The notes beneath the pieces were generated by a model that had not been told where the DNA came from, made no database searches, and was given only the letters and a program-made list of their open reading frames with translations. A program made the position numbers and the translations under genes. From contig CM126224.1 in NCBI GenBank assembly GCA_052327205.1, positions 28,086,001 through 28,150,000 of the forward strand: 64,000 nt of DNA, read 5' to 3'. Positions within the stretch are counted from its first letter, which is position 1. Each line of letters starts with the position of its first letter. This stretch comes from Somniosus microcephalus (taxonomy: Eukaryota). This document shows, piece after piece, positions 24,041-36,935 of this stretch.

Positions 24041-27000
24041 ACCTGGCCTGTAAATTGTGTGTAAAGGATTATTCCACGTTCATGAGAAATTGCTGCTACA
24101 TAAAAATATGGCCAAAGAGGTCATTTCTTGCTGATGGTATTTTAACCTACTTCAATTGTGATTTATAACAAAAATGGAAGAAGATAGTATTTCATGTAGA
24201 AAATTGTTAGAAAATTGTTTTAATTTAATCAGCCCTGCAACCTAATAATTGGCTTAATTGGTGTTTTAGTCATTGCGCACCAATCCGGTGCAGCTGTGTT
24301 TAATTCAATGCAGAAAACACTCCCTAGCGATTTATATTGCTTAAGAACAGCAAAATAGTAAGTGGTAACTGGGTAGTAAGTAGACCACAAACTGAACGAT
24401 TCCAGCCAAGGTCACTACATTAAAATTCAGTGGAAGCTAGCTTTGATCTATCTTTACATCTTACATATGAATAAACATTTACGTTCCCACTGATTCCTGA
24501 AAGTTGCCTGCAGGGAGGATACAGAGAAAATAAAATTAAGAAAGCTGGATAGTGATGTCATGCAAAAGAATATTTAGAACCAGTCAATAGATGAAGAGTT
24601 ATATCTCACCTATCAGTGTTTCAGACCAGATTATATTTCATTCTGATTTAAAGGATTTATTCTAATGTTGGGATAACTATGTGATCTCAACGCTTAGGAT
24701 TCACTAGAAGCACATGTTCCGGTGAGGACCTTTTGGAATAAAACCAGCTCCTTCAAAAAAGCAGAGAGGCTGGAATCTCGCAACGTGAGATCAGTAACAA
24801 AGCAGTTCATACTTTTGTATCAGACCCTTTTGTGCTCCATTTTAACAAAGGCGTTAACCTGTGTATTTTGAACAGGTTAGATACAAAGGTGAAACTTGAA
24901 TCATTTTAACCCTTTGAGGAGTCGGTAGCGTTTATTGGATAAAAATAATGACCTAAACCTTGGTACACAGCTATTAATACATGTACTGAATTGTTTTCAA
25001 AGAACACGGCAGATGAAGAAATTCTCTTTGTTTTTTGGTCCTAGCTCAAGTTTCCATCAGAATCGTCAAAACAATTACACCCCCATCTCTGTGCAATGGG
25101 CAGTGTGCATGTTGACATCTACAGAAAGTTAAAATGACGTTCTTTTACAATGGCTTGAATGTGCAAGGCCACGGGGAGCTTTCTCCCCCTCATAGCTGTC
25201 TGATCGGCAGAGAGTTCCTTTTGCAAGGTTGTGTTAAAACTTACAACCTCCGCATGTTCTCCGATTGAGAAAACACAATGGGAGTGCAAAAGGGCAGGAA
25301 AGTGACATGTTGCTCCAGACAGGAGGATTTTTGTTTTTACATACGTCCTGGAGCTCTCTTTGTTTTCAATGTAAAATGGGGGGGATGTTGGGAGACAGCA
25401 TATGTGATACCCCTCTCAATGGTTCATTGCTTGAATAGTTTTCAAACAAACAAGATTTCTAATATAATTTGCTTGACTTATGGAATAAAAAGCTACAAAA
25501 AGGTGGTTTGTATTTTTGCGAACCTGGTCAATATTCTGTTCTAGGCGAGTATTACATATTGCCATAAACCCGTATCCATAGGCAACACAGGAAGGATCAA
25601 AGGTGTCCATACAGTATAGGCTGTCAATAAAGGTACCAGCAGAGATAATTTTCTACCACTAGATGTCAGAAGCACACTGAGTAAGTAAGGGTATAAGAAA
25701 GCATGAAAGAAGAAAAGGCCACTTGGCCTATTAAACTCCGTCCTTCCACAAGCCATGTGGATTCTACCCTATAGATTCTAGCCCAAAATTAATCTAAGAG
25801 AAAGTTTTGAATAACAACTCTCTGCCCCTTAAAGGCAATTAGCAAAATGCCAGAATATTTATTCATGTCCACTATTGACCCCTTGGCCTGCTGCACTTGG
25901 TGGATACAATACCCCCTACCCCCAACCTCAACAACACAGGAACCACCATGTTGTGGAGTATTTGATCATTTGACTTGTTCCTCATAACCTTCAATCCCAT
26001 TCCTATAAATCCATCTGCTTTCTAAAGGAATTAATCAATATGGCATCAATGATTCTCCTATGTCATATTGACAGAGTATCCAAGGACAGGACACCACTAC
26101 TGTAGGGACATTTTGTACTTTGAATCATTGGATGCAATAATGGAAAATTGGTGATCAGTGTCTAACTAGTTTTAGAATTCTACATCTAACAGTGGTCCAA
26201 CCATTGTCCTAAAATTCATGAGCCGTCAATATCCTACTGTTATATATCTTAGAGGAAATAGTAACAACTTGCTCTTTAGGTTTGCTGATGCATTCCCACA
26301 GGCTGAATCTGTGGTATCCTTGAGGATGGCAATTGTCTGGTGTCTGCTGTACACCACTGCAGACAGCATACCTTCAGGCACGAGTAACTCATGCTCAGGA
26401 ATGGTTAATTTGCAAACTTTTATTTCTCGTATTAAAAGGTTTCTTTTACAAGGAAGCTTATCAAATGATCAGTAGAATGTGTTATTTTCTCAGGAATATA
26501 ATACATGTTCAATTCTATGGTGATGTAAAGGCTTTTGGATCACTTTCAGAGGATTCAGAGTTTCTTGCAATTGATATCCAGTTTGTTTTCTTACATATGA
26601 CAACAAAACATAGAAACTACCATGTGAGGTATTTCACGGAGTTCTTTTTCTGACTAGATGAAAAATATATCTTTAAAAATCTCGTTATTGTTGCACTAAT
26701 ACTCAAGGCAAACTGTAATAGAATAATCTTTCGATGAGTATTCTGCCACTTTGTGAATCCATTTTACACCAACAGTAAAGTTTATTTGTGATCAGATCAT
26801 TTAAAGTCCATCGGGCTGGTCGAGCTTAATGACCAATGACTGTTCCAGTTACAGTCAAGGTAATACTGGCTTTACAATGCTAGGCACCAATTGTGTATTA
26901 TCAGCAATAACATCAATACTATTTTTTGATAATATATTTAAAGCATGAAGTTTCAAAAAGAAAAGTTGAGATGCAAGTTATTGGCAGGACCTAGAATCCC

Positions 27001-28142
27001 CAAGCTCTGAACGGTTTTAATGCAGAATGTATTTTTTTACTAAATTGTTTCCTAAATACAGTCATAATTTGAAACATTAACTACACCAATATTTCATTCG
27101 AGCATAAATAAATCATTTTAACATTACTACAAAACCATCGCCAAACAAGATTTTTGAAATCTCATTAACAAATCATATTTGACAGCTTCCTTGATGAATG
27201 TGAAAACCTGAACTTGAAGTACATAATCATGTGATTTTATATATCCTGTTCCTCTTTACTGATAATACATTAATGATTTTAGGTATAGTTATTTTGTTAT
27301 GTGGATCTCGTATGTTCTTACTTTTACGATGTGCATTTCATGAACAGAGAACACTATTAGCTATTAATAAGTCACAAAGCAAGGAAGGCAAATGTGACCA
27401 CACATAGATTGTGTTCAATCAGGGTAAATGCCGTCGGCATGAGCCCTTATTTAGCAGCCTATTTAAACAATATCTTTCTGTCTGTGCCTGTGTAACACAA
27501 TTATCATCAATTCATACTCAGTAAGTCATTAAAATGTGCATTGCTTATTTCAGTTGCCTCAGTCCATTTTAGATGGCTCCCTTTATTTTCAATGTCTAAA
27601 AAATATCTGTGGTAACAGGGATACTGTTAATGAATCAATGAAGAAAAAAAGTGCTCAGTATGTTATTAGTTTTATATATTAAGTTCTTTAACGAGAGCAC
27701 ACATACAGGAAGGAGTGAGGCAGTTGGCCTGATCACAGTTTAGGAGGAGGTCAGTAATTGGTAACACTCCTCCGTTGTTGTTGGCTGTATTCAAGTCTAA
27801 TTGCTGATTTTCTTTCAATTTTACAGTCATTAGAGATCTCAAAACTTCGAGCATTCATTTGTTTTTGCCATCTGAAGACTATCAAACATAACTGAAAGGG
27901 TGTTTAAAGAAGAACATTGGACTTTCATCCAGGACCACAAGTTCAAATCTAGTCTTGGCAATCATCTTGCCTCAGCTATCCTCTCTCACAATTTGCTGGT
28001 TCTTGATAAGGTGCCTAGATGGTCTACCTTGTAGTGACAGAGCAATTAATCTTGGGGAAGTGGGAAGAAGAAAAAGAAGATAAACTGGTACAGAGACCTG
28101 CAAATCACGTCTTCTGTCAACTGATTGAAAGCAGCGTTGAAT

Positions 28143-28575
28143 GAAAGAAAGAATGAACTTGCATTTATATAGTGCGTTTCATGACCTCAGGATGTCCCAA
28201 AGCACTTTACAGCCAATGAATTACTTTTGAACTGCAGTCACTGTTGTAGGAAATGTGGCAGCCAATTTGCACACAGCAAGCTCCCACAGACAGCAATGAA
28301 ATAAATGACCACAATGATCTGTTTTAGGTGTGGGTTGAGGGATAAATGTTGGCCAGGACACTGGGAGAACACCCCTGCACTTCTCTGAATAGTGCTGTGG
28401 ATCTATCCAAGAGGGCAGACTCAGTTTAATGTCTCATCCGAAAGATGAAACCTCCAATGGTGCAGCACTCCCTCAGTGACGTACTGAAGTGTGAGCCTAG
28501 ATTATGTGCTCAAGTCTCTAGAGTGGGGTTTGAACCCACGACCTTCTGATTCTGAGGCAAAAGTGCTACCATTGA
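28143..28575 (-). mobile_element. Full-length DeuSINE
   Basis: Reverse complement of 5766-6217, including the B box (GGGTTTGAACCC) and tail. Confidence 0.88.
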
Positions 28576-28758
28576 CGATATCCTTCATGGAGAAGTCTCC
28601 TGCTCAGAACATGCCATCCTTCAGATGAAGATTTACAGCATTGATATGGGAAAATCAGAGATAGGACAGGAACTCAAAATATGTATAAAAGATAAAATGA
28701 AAATATCATTAAGTTTTTTTTAAATTGTTGTCCGTTTTATCTGCCTCCTTCTAAACTA

Positions 28759-28986
28759 ATCCAAAAGCAAAATACTGCGGATTGCTGGAAATCTGAAATT
28801 AAAACAGAAAATGCTGGAAATACTCAGCAGGTCAGGCAGCATCTATGGAGAGAAAAACAGAGTTAACGTTTCAAGTCGATGACCTTTCGACAGATGAAGG
28901 GTCATCAACCTGAAACGTTAACTCTGTTTCTCTCTCCATAGATGCTGCCTGACCTGCTGAGTATTTCCAGCATTTTCTGTTTTTAT
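28759..28986. mobile_element. Fold-back non-autonomous element made of two inverted Penelope-type 3' ends, with 13-bp TSD
   Basis: Arms ~28797-28887 and ~28895-28986 are reverse complements. TCCTTCTAAACTA occurs at 28746-28758 and 28987-28999. Confidence 0.9.
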
Positions 28987-30331
28987 TCCTTCTAAACTAT
29001 GGTCAGCTCAGCAGTTCCTGTCTCCTTCCTATTTTACTTTTGGTCGAATTAAAGGTGGTACATATAACTAATAAAATGTTAGGATTTTAATTCTGACGCA
29101 GTTCTATTTTTCATGAATTCAGTAATGACATCTTACAACAGGTTCAAGGGGGTTTTACTTCTGCACATTGTTTGAAGTCGCATCTCATGTCAATTACACC
29201 AAGAAACCTCGAATTTGGAACTTGAGGAAATCTGCTCATAATTTATATTCTGGATTTTATTGCAAAAGTATAACTACAATACTCCCATTTTCCACCATGT
29301 CCCTTAAACCATTGGTATTTACACTCAATGATGCATCGGAAGAGCTGTACTTCAAGCCGTTCATCGAAGACTTCCATGGATACACAAGGCTAACTTGCCA
29401 TCCTCAGCCAGTATTGTCATTATACTGATATTGCTACTTTCACTTAATATCTACAAATTTAACATTTTGAGGTATTAAGTGAAAGTAGGAACGCCTCTAC
29501 TTGCATGGTCTTCACTGGGGAGAAATGCTGGCTCAGTGAATGTGTCTGTTCAGGTCTTGAATTTACAACTATGTGAATATTTGATATGTTATAAACGGAA
29601 GGCCCTAAATGTAATTTGTTGCGCTGTTTTGAGTATTTCCTTGGAGTGTGTAAGTCAAGATCCTAACCAGATAACAAGCCTTTGGAATCAGTGTCCCTAC
29701 TTGCTGCACTGCGGCAGTCATGTATAAATACATTTCTGGTAATACTTGTGCCACTCAAGCCATAAACCGTTTCTATTTTTTCTTTTCAATAAAGCTCTAA
29801 TTTGTTTTATAACAGCCCCCAAAATGCATTAATCAGTTTGCTCAATCATACCGCAACAGCAGATGTCTAAGGTTAGCTGCTCATTATATTTAACAACTAT
29901 GTAATTAGAAATTATGGACTTGCTTGTGCAGATGTACAGAGGTGCCTCAAACACACTGCGAGATCAGAACTGATGCTGAGCCTGTTCAATGAAAAAATTG
30001 CAGGGCTGATTTTGATTCTCCCAATGAAGTGGTAATTAACTATAATTACTAAAATGAAAATGACAGTGTAGGTTTTAATGCACAGAGATATTATTAATAG
30101 TTTATTTCATTTGCCAAGTACTAATCTTCTTTTGTATGGCTGGATAACGCAATTGCATAAACAAGTGGACCAAAACTCTACCTGGACTTGAGTTGAATTC
30201 TCGGCTAAGGCCCAGATGATATGGGTCACCTCGCACTGGCAGGCACTGAAGGAACATTAGGGATGAGCTTCCTTCTGCCAGTAGTATTGCCAAGAAAGTA
30301 ACCATGAGTACAAAAGGGGGAAACCCATGTA

Positions 30332-30596
30332 CAAGAAACTCTTTTATCCGGCACCGACGGCACCGGCATGGTGCCGGTTGATCAAAAAGTCCGGATTACA
30401 GAGAGGTATACTTACCAAGGTACGAGAGCCCCATACACGGCCACAGGTGCAGGAGTCCCGGCTACATGGCCACAGATCCAGGAGTCCCTGTTGTACGGCC
30501 ATAGGTGCAGGAACCCCGGTTACGCGGCCACTAATATATAGTAAAACTTACTGAAACTACTCCTGAATTTTGCCGGTTAAAAAAGAGAGTTTCCTG
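30332..30596. mobile_element. Tigger-like MITE with an internal 29-bp tandem repeat
   Basis: TA|CAAGAAACTC...GAGTTTCCTG|TA. Ends homologous to 22327-22650 in opposite orientation. The 29-mer repeats ~3.4 times at 30434-30531. Confidence 0.85.
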
Positions 30597-31299
30597 TATT
30601 ACTGACGTCAACTTTGTCATTGAATGATCAACAGGAGGAATTTCACCCCAGTGCAGATAAATCCTTTTCCTGGTCTCTACAATTCTGCACTGAAAGTGCA
30701 GCAAAGCACAGCCAATTTTCCAAATGCATTCAGTAAATTGAAGCAATTTGTGGGGAGCAGCCTGCAATTTTCTGATGTATTCTTAAGAGGCGAAGCTCCA
30801 GACTGAGAGTCTGTGTTCGAAAAATGGGCCCATACACTGTCCTTCAGAGGAATTTGTGTAATTTCATTATTTTTATCTTTAATTGAAGTTTAGTTTTATA
30901 ACTGACCCTTGCTAATGCTGAAAGGTTCTGATGCTGTCTTTCAGCTGCCCATGTGAAGCAGGAAAAGTCTAATGTAAAGCTTAATTTGTTCATCAGGAAC
31001 TAAGATCATTGTTTTCAAAGTTATGGGTCATTTGCTTTGTTAACTTTCTCTCTTTGTTCTTCCTTTAGATGCAGCCTGCTGCTCCTTAAGAAAGGATTAA
31101 TTTGAGGATTTCTTCCCCGCCGCCCCCCCCCCCCCCACCGCCAGGTTCTGTGAGGACATAGTCTGAACACTGGCAGGATATCTAGGTACAGAATCAATGG
31201 CACTATGGAAAACATGCCTCTCAATCATCTAAAGACTTGAAATGTTTGTAATCTTTTTCAATCAAGACAGCAGGATGGTCTGGTCACCTGACTTGTGTG

Positions 31300-32505
31300 T
31301 CAGAGAGGCTCACACTTTCACTTCTGAATCAGAAGGTTGTGGGTTCAAGTTCCTCTTCAGTAATTTGAGCACATAATCTGGCCTGACACTTGAGTGCAGT
31401 ACCGAGGGAGTGTTCCCTTGTCGGAGATGCCACCTTTTGGATGGGAAGTTGAACTGAGGCCCTATCTATCTGTTCAGGTGGATGTAACAGATGCTGATGC
31501 ATTATTTGAAGAAGAGCAGGGGAGTTCCCCGATGTTTTTGCTAACATTTACCCCTCAACCAACACCCTCAAAACAGATTGGACCTAATAAGGAAAGAACA
31601 GGGTACTTTCTAAATGGTGAAAAGCTAAAAACCGTGGACTTGGGGGGTCCAGGTACATAGATCAGTAAAATGTCATGAACAGTTACAGAAAATAATCAAA
31701 AAGGCTAATGGAATGCTGGCCTTTATAGCTAGAGGACTAGAGTACAAGGGGGTAGAAGTTATGCTGCAGCTATACAAAGCCTTGGTTAGACCACACCTGG
31801 AGTACTGTGAGCAGTTCTGGGCTCCACACCTTAGGAAGGATATATTGGCCTTGGAGGGAGTGCAGCGTAGGTTTACCAGAATGATACCCGGACTCCAAGG
31901 GTTAAGTTACGTGGAGAGATTACACAAATTAGGGGTGTATTCCCTAGAATTTAGAAGGTTAAGGGGTGATCTGATCGAAGTTTTCAAGATATTAAGGGGA
32001 ACAGATAGGGTAGATAGAGAAACTATTTCCGCTGATTGGGGATTCTAGGACAGGGGGGCATAGTCTAAAAATTAGAGCCAGACCTTTCAGGAGTGAAATT
32101 AGGAAGCACTTCGACACACAAAGGGTGGTAGAAGTTTGGAACTCTCTTCTGCAAACAGCAATTGATGCTAGATCAATTGTTAATTTTAAATCCGAGATTG
32201 ATAGCCTTTTGTTAACCAAAGGTATTAAGGGATATGGGCCAAAGGCGAGTATATGGAGTTAGATCGCAGATCAGCCATGATCTCATTGAATGGCGGAACA
32301 GGCTCGAGGGACTAAATGGCCGACTCCTGTTCCTATGATTAACTGGTCATTTATCTCATTGCTGTTTGTGGGACCACAATGTGTACAAATTAGCTGCCAC
32401 GTTTGTTTGCATAACAACACTTCAAAAATAATTAATGGGCTGTGAAGCACTTTGGGATGTCCCGAGAGCATGAAAGGCACTACTGTATATACATGCAACT
32501 TTGTT
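31300..32505 (+). mobile_element. DeuSINE split by a CR1 insertion (5' part 31300-31579, 3' part 32337-32505)
   Basis: The SINE stops at AAACAGATT and resumes at GATTAACTGGTCATTTATCTCATTGCTGTTTGTGGGA after the LINE tail. Confidence 0.85.
31580..32336 (+). mobile_element. CR1/HER1 LINE 3' fragment
   Basis: MLAFIARGLEYKGVEVMLQLYKALVRPHLEYCEQFWAPHLRKDILALEGVQRRFTRMIPG... plus 3' UTR. Confidence 0.93.
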
Positions 32506-33052
32506 CTTTGCTTATCTTTCCCATCGTCTAAATAAACACACTAAAAACGAATTTGAATGCCCCTGATCATTCAATACTAAGATTTCAACTTGCACTATTT
32601 CAGTCAGGATCCAATGCTGGAATTAGCAGTCGACTACCAGTCTGATGTTTAATACTCTGAGCACTGAATGTCCTAATATGCAAAATATGCAGACATTTTC
32701 TAGCATTTAACATCTGTAAAAGTATTATTCTGCAAATTTCCTGCACTGTATATTGCAAAATGGAGCTGACGTACTGCGCAGAACTGTAGGGATATTTCTA
32801 AATATTTAACATTTGAATAAACTGCAACTAATGTAAATTATTATATGTGTTTTACAGAATCCAAAGCCATCCTATTCTTGAAAAGATTACAATCTACTCC
32901 TCAATTCAAATTTACTTATTCAAATCTACATTACTTAACTAAAATGTTGGATAATTTGCTAAAAGACTTGGAATTATTAGGAGCAGACAGTAATGGAATA
33001 ACTTATAGGAAGCTTTAATCAGTGTACTGTCGAATCAATTAAAAAATGAGGA

Positions 33053-33350
33053 TAACAACAGAAAATGCTAGAAGCACTCAGCAGGCCAGGCAGCATCCAT
33101 GGAGAGAGAGAGAAACAGAGTTAACGTTTCAGGTCTGGGACCCTTCTGGAAAAGGTTAGAGAGGTAACAGATTTTGAGCAGGTGCAGAGGCAAGAACTGA
33201 AGGAATATTCTGTGCTAGAGTAGGAGGCAGGAGATTAAATGTTGCAAATGGGGATGGCAGAATCATAAACAGCCTGAAAAATGGGGGCAGGGGTTATAGT
33301 CTGAAATTGTTGAACTCAATTTTGAGGCCAGAAGGCTGTAAAGTGCCTCA
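33053..33350 (-). mobile_element. Penelope-like 3' end with the hammerhead core deleted
   Basis: Collinear with 14712-15052, but the ATCAGAAC segment (reverse complement of the CUGAU core) is missing at ~33146. Confidence 0.85.
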
Positions 33351-35019
33351 TCTTGACTGGTTAAATAGGACTTAAAGAACTGATCTAAAATTGACAATGG
33401 AAAATGGATATTCTCCCTTGTAAAAGTTACACAGGAAACGATTGTGGCAGTCCTGTTCGAAATGAACATAACTACACAGCGCACAGAACTCAACTTCCTG
33501 AGCATAATTTAATAGTTGGATCTGTGCTCAGAATTCTGTTATTTCCTGGTGCAGCTACAAAGGATTATATATATATTTTTTTAATTTGCTGTCCAGGCAG
33601 TGCAGAGGAGGTTTGCATTCCCTCCCCAAAATATCCCATGGTATCCTGTGGGATGCTATAAGAGCTGTTGTACAGAATATAATCATTTCCTGCAAGACAC
33701 TGTCCAGAAGGCACATTTAAAGCTACTCTGTCTCGCAATCAAACATTTGCCATTTCTAAACTGGCTTACTTGCTGAAAATTAATATAAATGGTTCCATAG
33801 CTATGCAATCCTCAGAAAAACATATTCCGGCCAATGTCCTGAAATTTGTAAATTATTACCAAGCCTTAACTTGGCTCATTACTCATACTAGTGGTGTAGC
33901 AGCCTGGTTTTTTGCAAACCGGTTATATAAAACTTTGTGCCCGTCTCATTCTGCTGCCTATGACATAGTAGGTAAACTTATAGAACCTTATCCTGGAATA
34001 TTGCTGTAACAGTCTTATCCAATAGTTCTTTTTTTAAAACATGATTGGAGCTGCCATTTTCACACCAGTCCTGGGGGTGCAGTGGTGTCAGCATCAAACC
34101 CAATGGTCTCAGCACCCTGTTAACTGGTCAGTCTCCTGCACATTATAATCACTGGAGCACCCCACAGTGAATGAAAGATGCCCAGGCGCTATCAGCTTTG
34201 AAAAGTTCTTTTTTCCGCCCCCCCCACCCCACACTCTGTTTTGGAAACTTTTCAGAGGACCTTTCATAGAGATTCCCTCCATGACTTTTCAAACTAAGAA
34301 AAATGGCCCCACCCTAAGGCTCGGTCAGTGCTCTCAGCCAGCGTAGAATGGGGAATTGGGAGGGCAATAATAGCTCAATAACTTTTACAAAATCAATTCA
34401 AAAATGTTTTTTTCTCCACTTTATGCCGCCCCTGCCACACTCGCCAATCCTGGCTGAGGGGAAGAGCCTGCTTCCGGCCTACACACGTGCCATTTTGTGA
34501 CTCACCACTAAACAATGCATAAGGGATCAGGGTGGATGTTCCTACCGTTTTCCGTCCCTCCTCATGCAGAAACACCGTAGGGGACATGACTACCACCCTG
34601 AATGCTCCAGTGAAACGTGGTGACTATGTTGGTGATTGTGTCCTTGGAAAACTGAGATACTTCTCACTCAGGCATTCAAGACATGATTAGATACAGCTTA
34701 ACACCCACAGTTCCGCTACAGAGAATTATCTATCTCAGCCTGGTCATTGTAGGAAGGGACACTGAATAGAAGCTAATCACTTCCCCAATAGAAAGGGAGA
34801 GACAGTGAGAGAACAAGTCATCCCTCAGCAGCTTGCAGTGTTCTGCTGGTTGCTTTCAGACTTAACTGTGCACCCCCCAAAGAAAGTTTTAGACTTCCCT
34901 GAAGGGTCTCTTCTGTCTTCAGATCAGCTGCAGACCTGCTCAACCTTGTGAAAAAGTTGTGGCGACTTCCCCGCTCAGGCCCCGGTTAAAACTGCATCAG
35001 GGTCCAATTGGCATAATCA

Positions 35020-35403
35020 CAGAATTACATAGCATTTACAGCACAGAAACAGGCCATTCAGCCCAACAGGTCCATGCCGGTGTTTATGTTCCACACAAGC
35101 CTCCTCCCATCCTTCTTCATCTAACCCCATCAACATAACCTTCTATTCTTTTCACTCTCATGTGTTTATCTAGCTTCCCCTTAAATGCATCGATGGTATT
35201 CCCCCTCAACGACTCCTTGTGGTAGCAAGTTCCACATTCTAACCACTCTCTGGGTAAAGAAGTTTCTCCTGAATTCCCCATAAGATATACTAGTAACTAT
35301 CTTATATTTATGTCGCCTAGTTCGGGTCTTCCCCACAAGTTAAAACATCTTCTCTATGTCTACCCTATCAAACCCTTTCATAATCTTAAAAGAACTCTTA
35401 TCA
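35020..35403 (-). mobile_element. CR1 3' fragment
   Basis: ACAGCACAGAAACAGGCCATTCAGCCCAACAGG...TTCCACATTCTAACCACTCTCTGGGTAAAGAAGTTTCTCCTG. Confidence 0.85.
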
Positions 35404-35476
35404 GGAGCAGGTAAGTGATCTGCTCGGTTTTAACTGTCCACCCGCCCGGTTTATGCTGGGCCAGTCAGCTTAGAAT

Positions 35477-35640
35477 CAATGTTCTCTGTAAGCTGCGCAG
35501 CCGCATGGTCGCACAGCGCTCCAGGGAACCCGCGCAGCCGGCTTTTCAATACAAAAACTACGCATGCGCGGTGTTTTGAATGGCCTGCGCAGTCTCTTAA
35601 AGGGGCCGCGCAGGGCCAAACAAATTTAGAGGGAATATTG
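35477..35640. mobile_element. hAT-superfamily MITE (164 bp)
   Basis: TIRs CAATGTTCTCTGTAA / TTAGAGGGAATATTG. 8-bp flanks CTTAGAAT and GTTAGAAT (7/8 match). Confidence 0.82.
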
Positions 35641-35659
35641 GTTAGAATTGATCCCTTGG

Positions 35660-36030
35660 GCTTTTCAGCCTGGAAAGGAGGTATCAGAGAGGTGTTCTTA
35701 TTGAGGTATACAAGATAACAATGATATGTCTTTAAATAAAACCATGGGCGTAGGAGAAGGACTGCAGATACAAACTAGTAAAAGGCAACAGGACTGATAT
35801 CATGAGGTTCTTCTACACACAGAAAGTAATCAACACTTGGAATGGGCTTCCATCCGGTGCAGTAGAGACCAACATCCTTCAATCATTTAAGAAACAACTA
35901 GGTACAGCAATCGGGTGGTGGCGGGTGGCGTCGGGGGTGGGGGTGCGCGTGGAGGAAGTGTAAGATTGTCCTGGATGGACAAACTAAGATGGGCTGAATA
36001 ACCTCCTTCATCCATAAATGTCGTGTGATC
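35660..36030 (+). mobile_element. Old CR1 3' fragment
   Basis: LGLFSLERR..., TTCTTCTACACACAGAAAGTAATCAACACTTGGAATGG, tail GATGGGCTGAATAACCTCCTTC. Confidence 0.7.
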
Positions 36031-36099
36031 AAAAAGCCGTGACAGGCATGTTTACATAGGAAATGATATTATTAAAAAATAAAACCTAGGCCTGTTTTT

Positions 36100-36425
36100 A
36101 TTTTTTTTTTTATTCATTCATGGGATGTGGGTGTCACTGGCAAAGCTAGCATTTATTATCAATCCCTAATTGCCCTTGAGAAAGTGATGGTGCGCCACCT
36201 TCTTGAACCACTGCAGTCCGTGTAGTGAAGGTACTTCCACAGTGCTGTTAGATAGGGAGTTCCAGGATTTTGACCCAGCGACGATGAATGGCAATATATT
36301 TCCAAGTCAGGATGGTGTGTGACTTGGAAGTGGTGGTGTTCCCATGCGCCTGTTGCCCTTGTCCTTCTGGGTGGTAGAGGTCACGGGTTTGGGAGGTGCT
36401 GCTGAAGAAGCCTTAGCGAATTGCC
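36100..36425 (-). mobile_element. Non-LTR retrotransposon 3' end with A-rich tail (clade not assigned)
   Basis: Minus-strand reading LQQHLPNP*PLPPRRTR..., then a 3' UTR with AATAAA and an A tail shared with the SINE at 23048. Confidence 0.75.
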
Positions 36426-36429
36426 TATG

Positions 36430-36620
36430 CAGTCTTCGGCCATTGTCTACACATGTGCACTCCCAGCAGAGTCACTGGATAGAGAGATCAGGAGTGGGAA
36501 CCTTGGCTAATTTTCCCGTCCCTAGCCCATGCACTGGCTAACTGCTGCACCCTTATTACCGCCTCATCGGAGATCAGACAGCTTACCATAGATGGGGGAT
36601 CAAACAGGGGACCTTCTGTT
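36430..36620 (-). mobile_element. SINE family 'X' copy
   Basis: CCAGCAGAGTCACTGGATAGAGATCAGGAGTGGGAACCTTGGCTAATTTTCCC...GGGGATCAAACAGGGACCTTC is the reverse complement of 61520-61665. Confidence 0.65.
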
Positions 36621-36764
36621 CAGAATGCTTCTGTTCACCAAATAAACCCGATGAGAGAGAGAGAGAGTGTGAGTGTGCATATGGCGGGGAGAGGGGTTTA
36701 AGGAGATGGTCAGTGGTGGGCCTAAAACATCACAAATAACTATATATATTTAGGTTAGAGATAA

Positions 36765-36935
36765 AGACAAAAACATGCTACAAATACATCAGGAAATTGA
36801 TTGGCATCTGAAAGGGAAGGTCAGGTTTTTATTTTAGGTTTGACACTTTCTCAGAGAAGGTTGAATGAAGATTCACATCTCAGACTTTAACTTATTTTCT
36901 GTGGCAGATGCTGAGCAGTGGATTTTCAGCATTTT
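36765..36935. mobile_element. Degenerate older fold-back of Penelope-type ends
   Basis: AAAACATGCTACAAATACATCAG...GGCATCTG on the left and CAGATGCTGAGCAGTGGATTTTCAGCATTTTT on the right echo 28800-28985. Confidence 0.45.

Larger units (their letters stand above)
34955..35656. mobile_element. Harbinger-type MITE remnant hosting two later insertions
   Basis: CCCGGTTAAAACTGC...GGTTTTAACTG palindromic interior, broken by a CR1 and a hAT MITE; ends GTTAGAATTGATCCC. Confidence 0.55.

Noticed and set aside
30434-30531. 29-bp repeats as a CRISPR array
   Set aside because: The units are contiguous with no spacers, lie inside a MITE, and the context is vertebrate with no cas genes.
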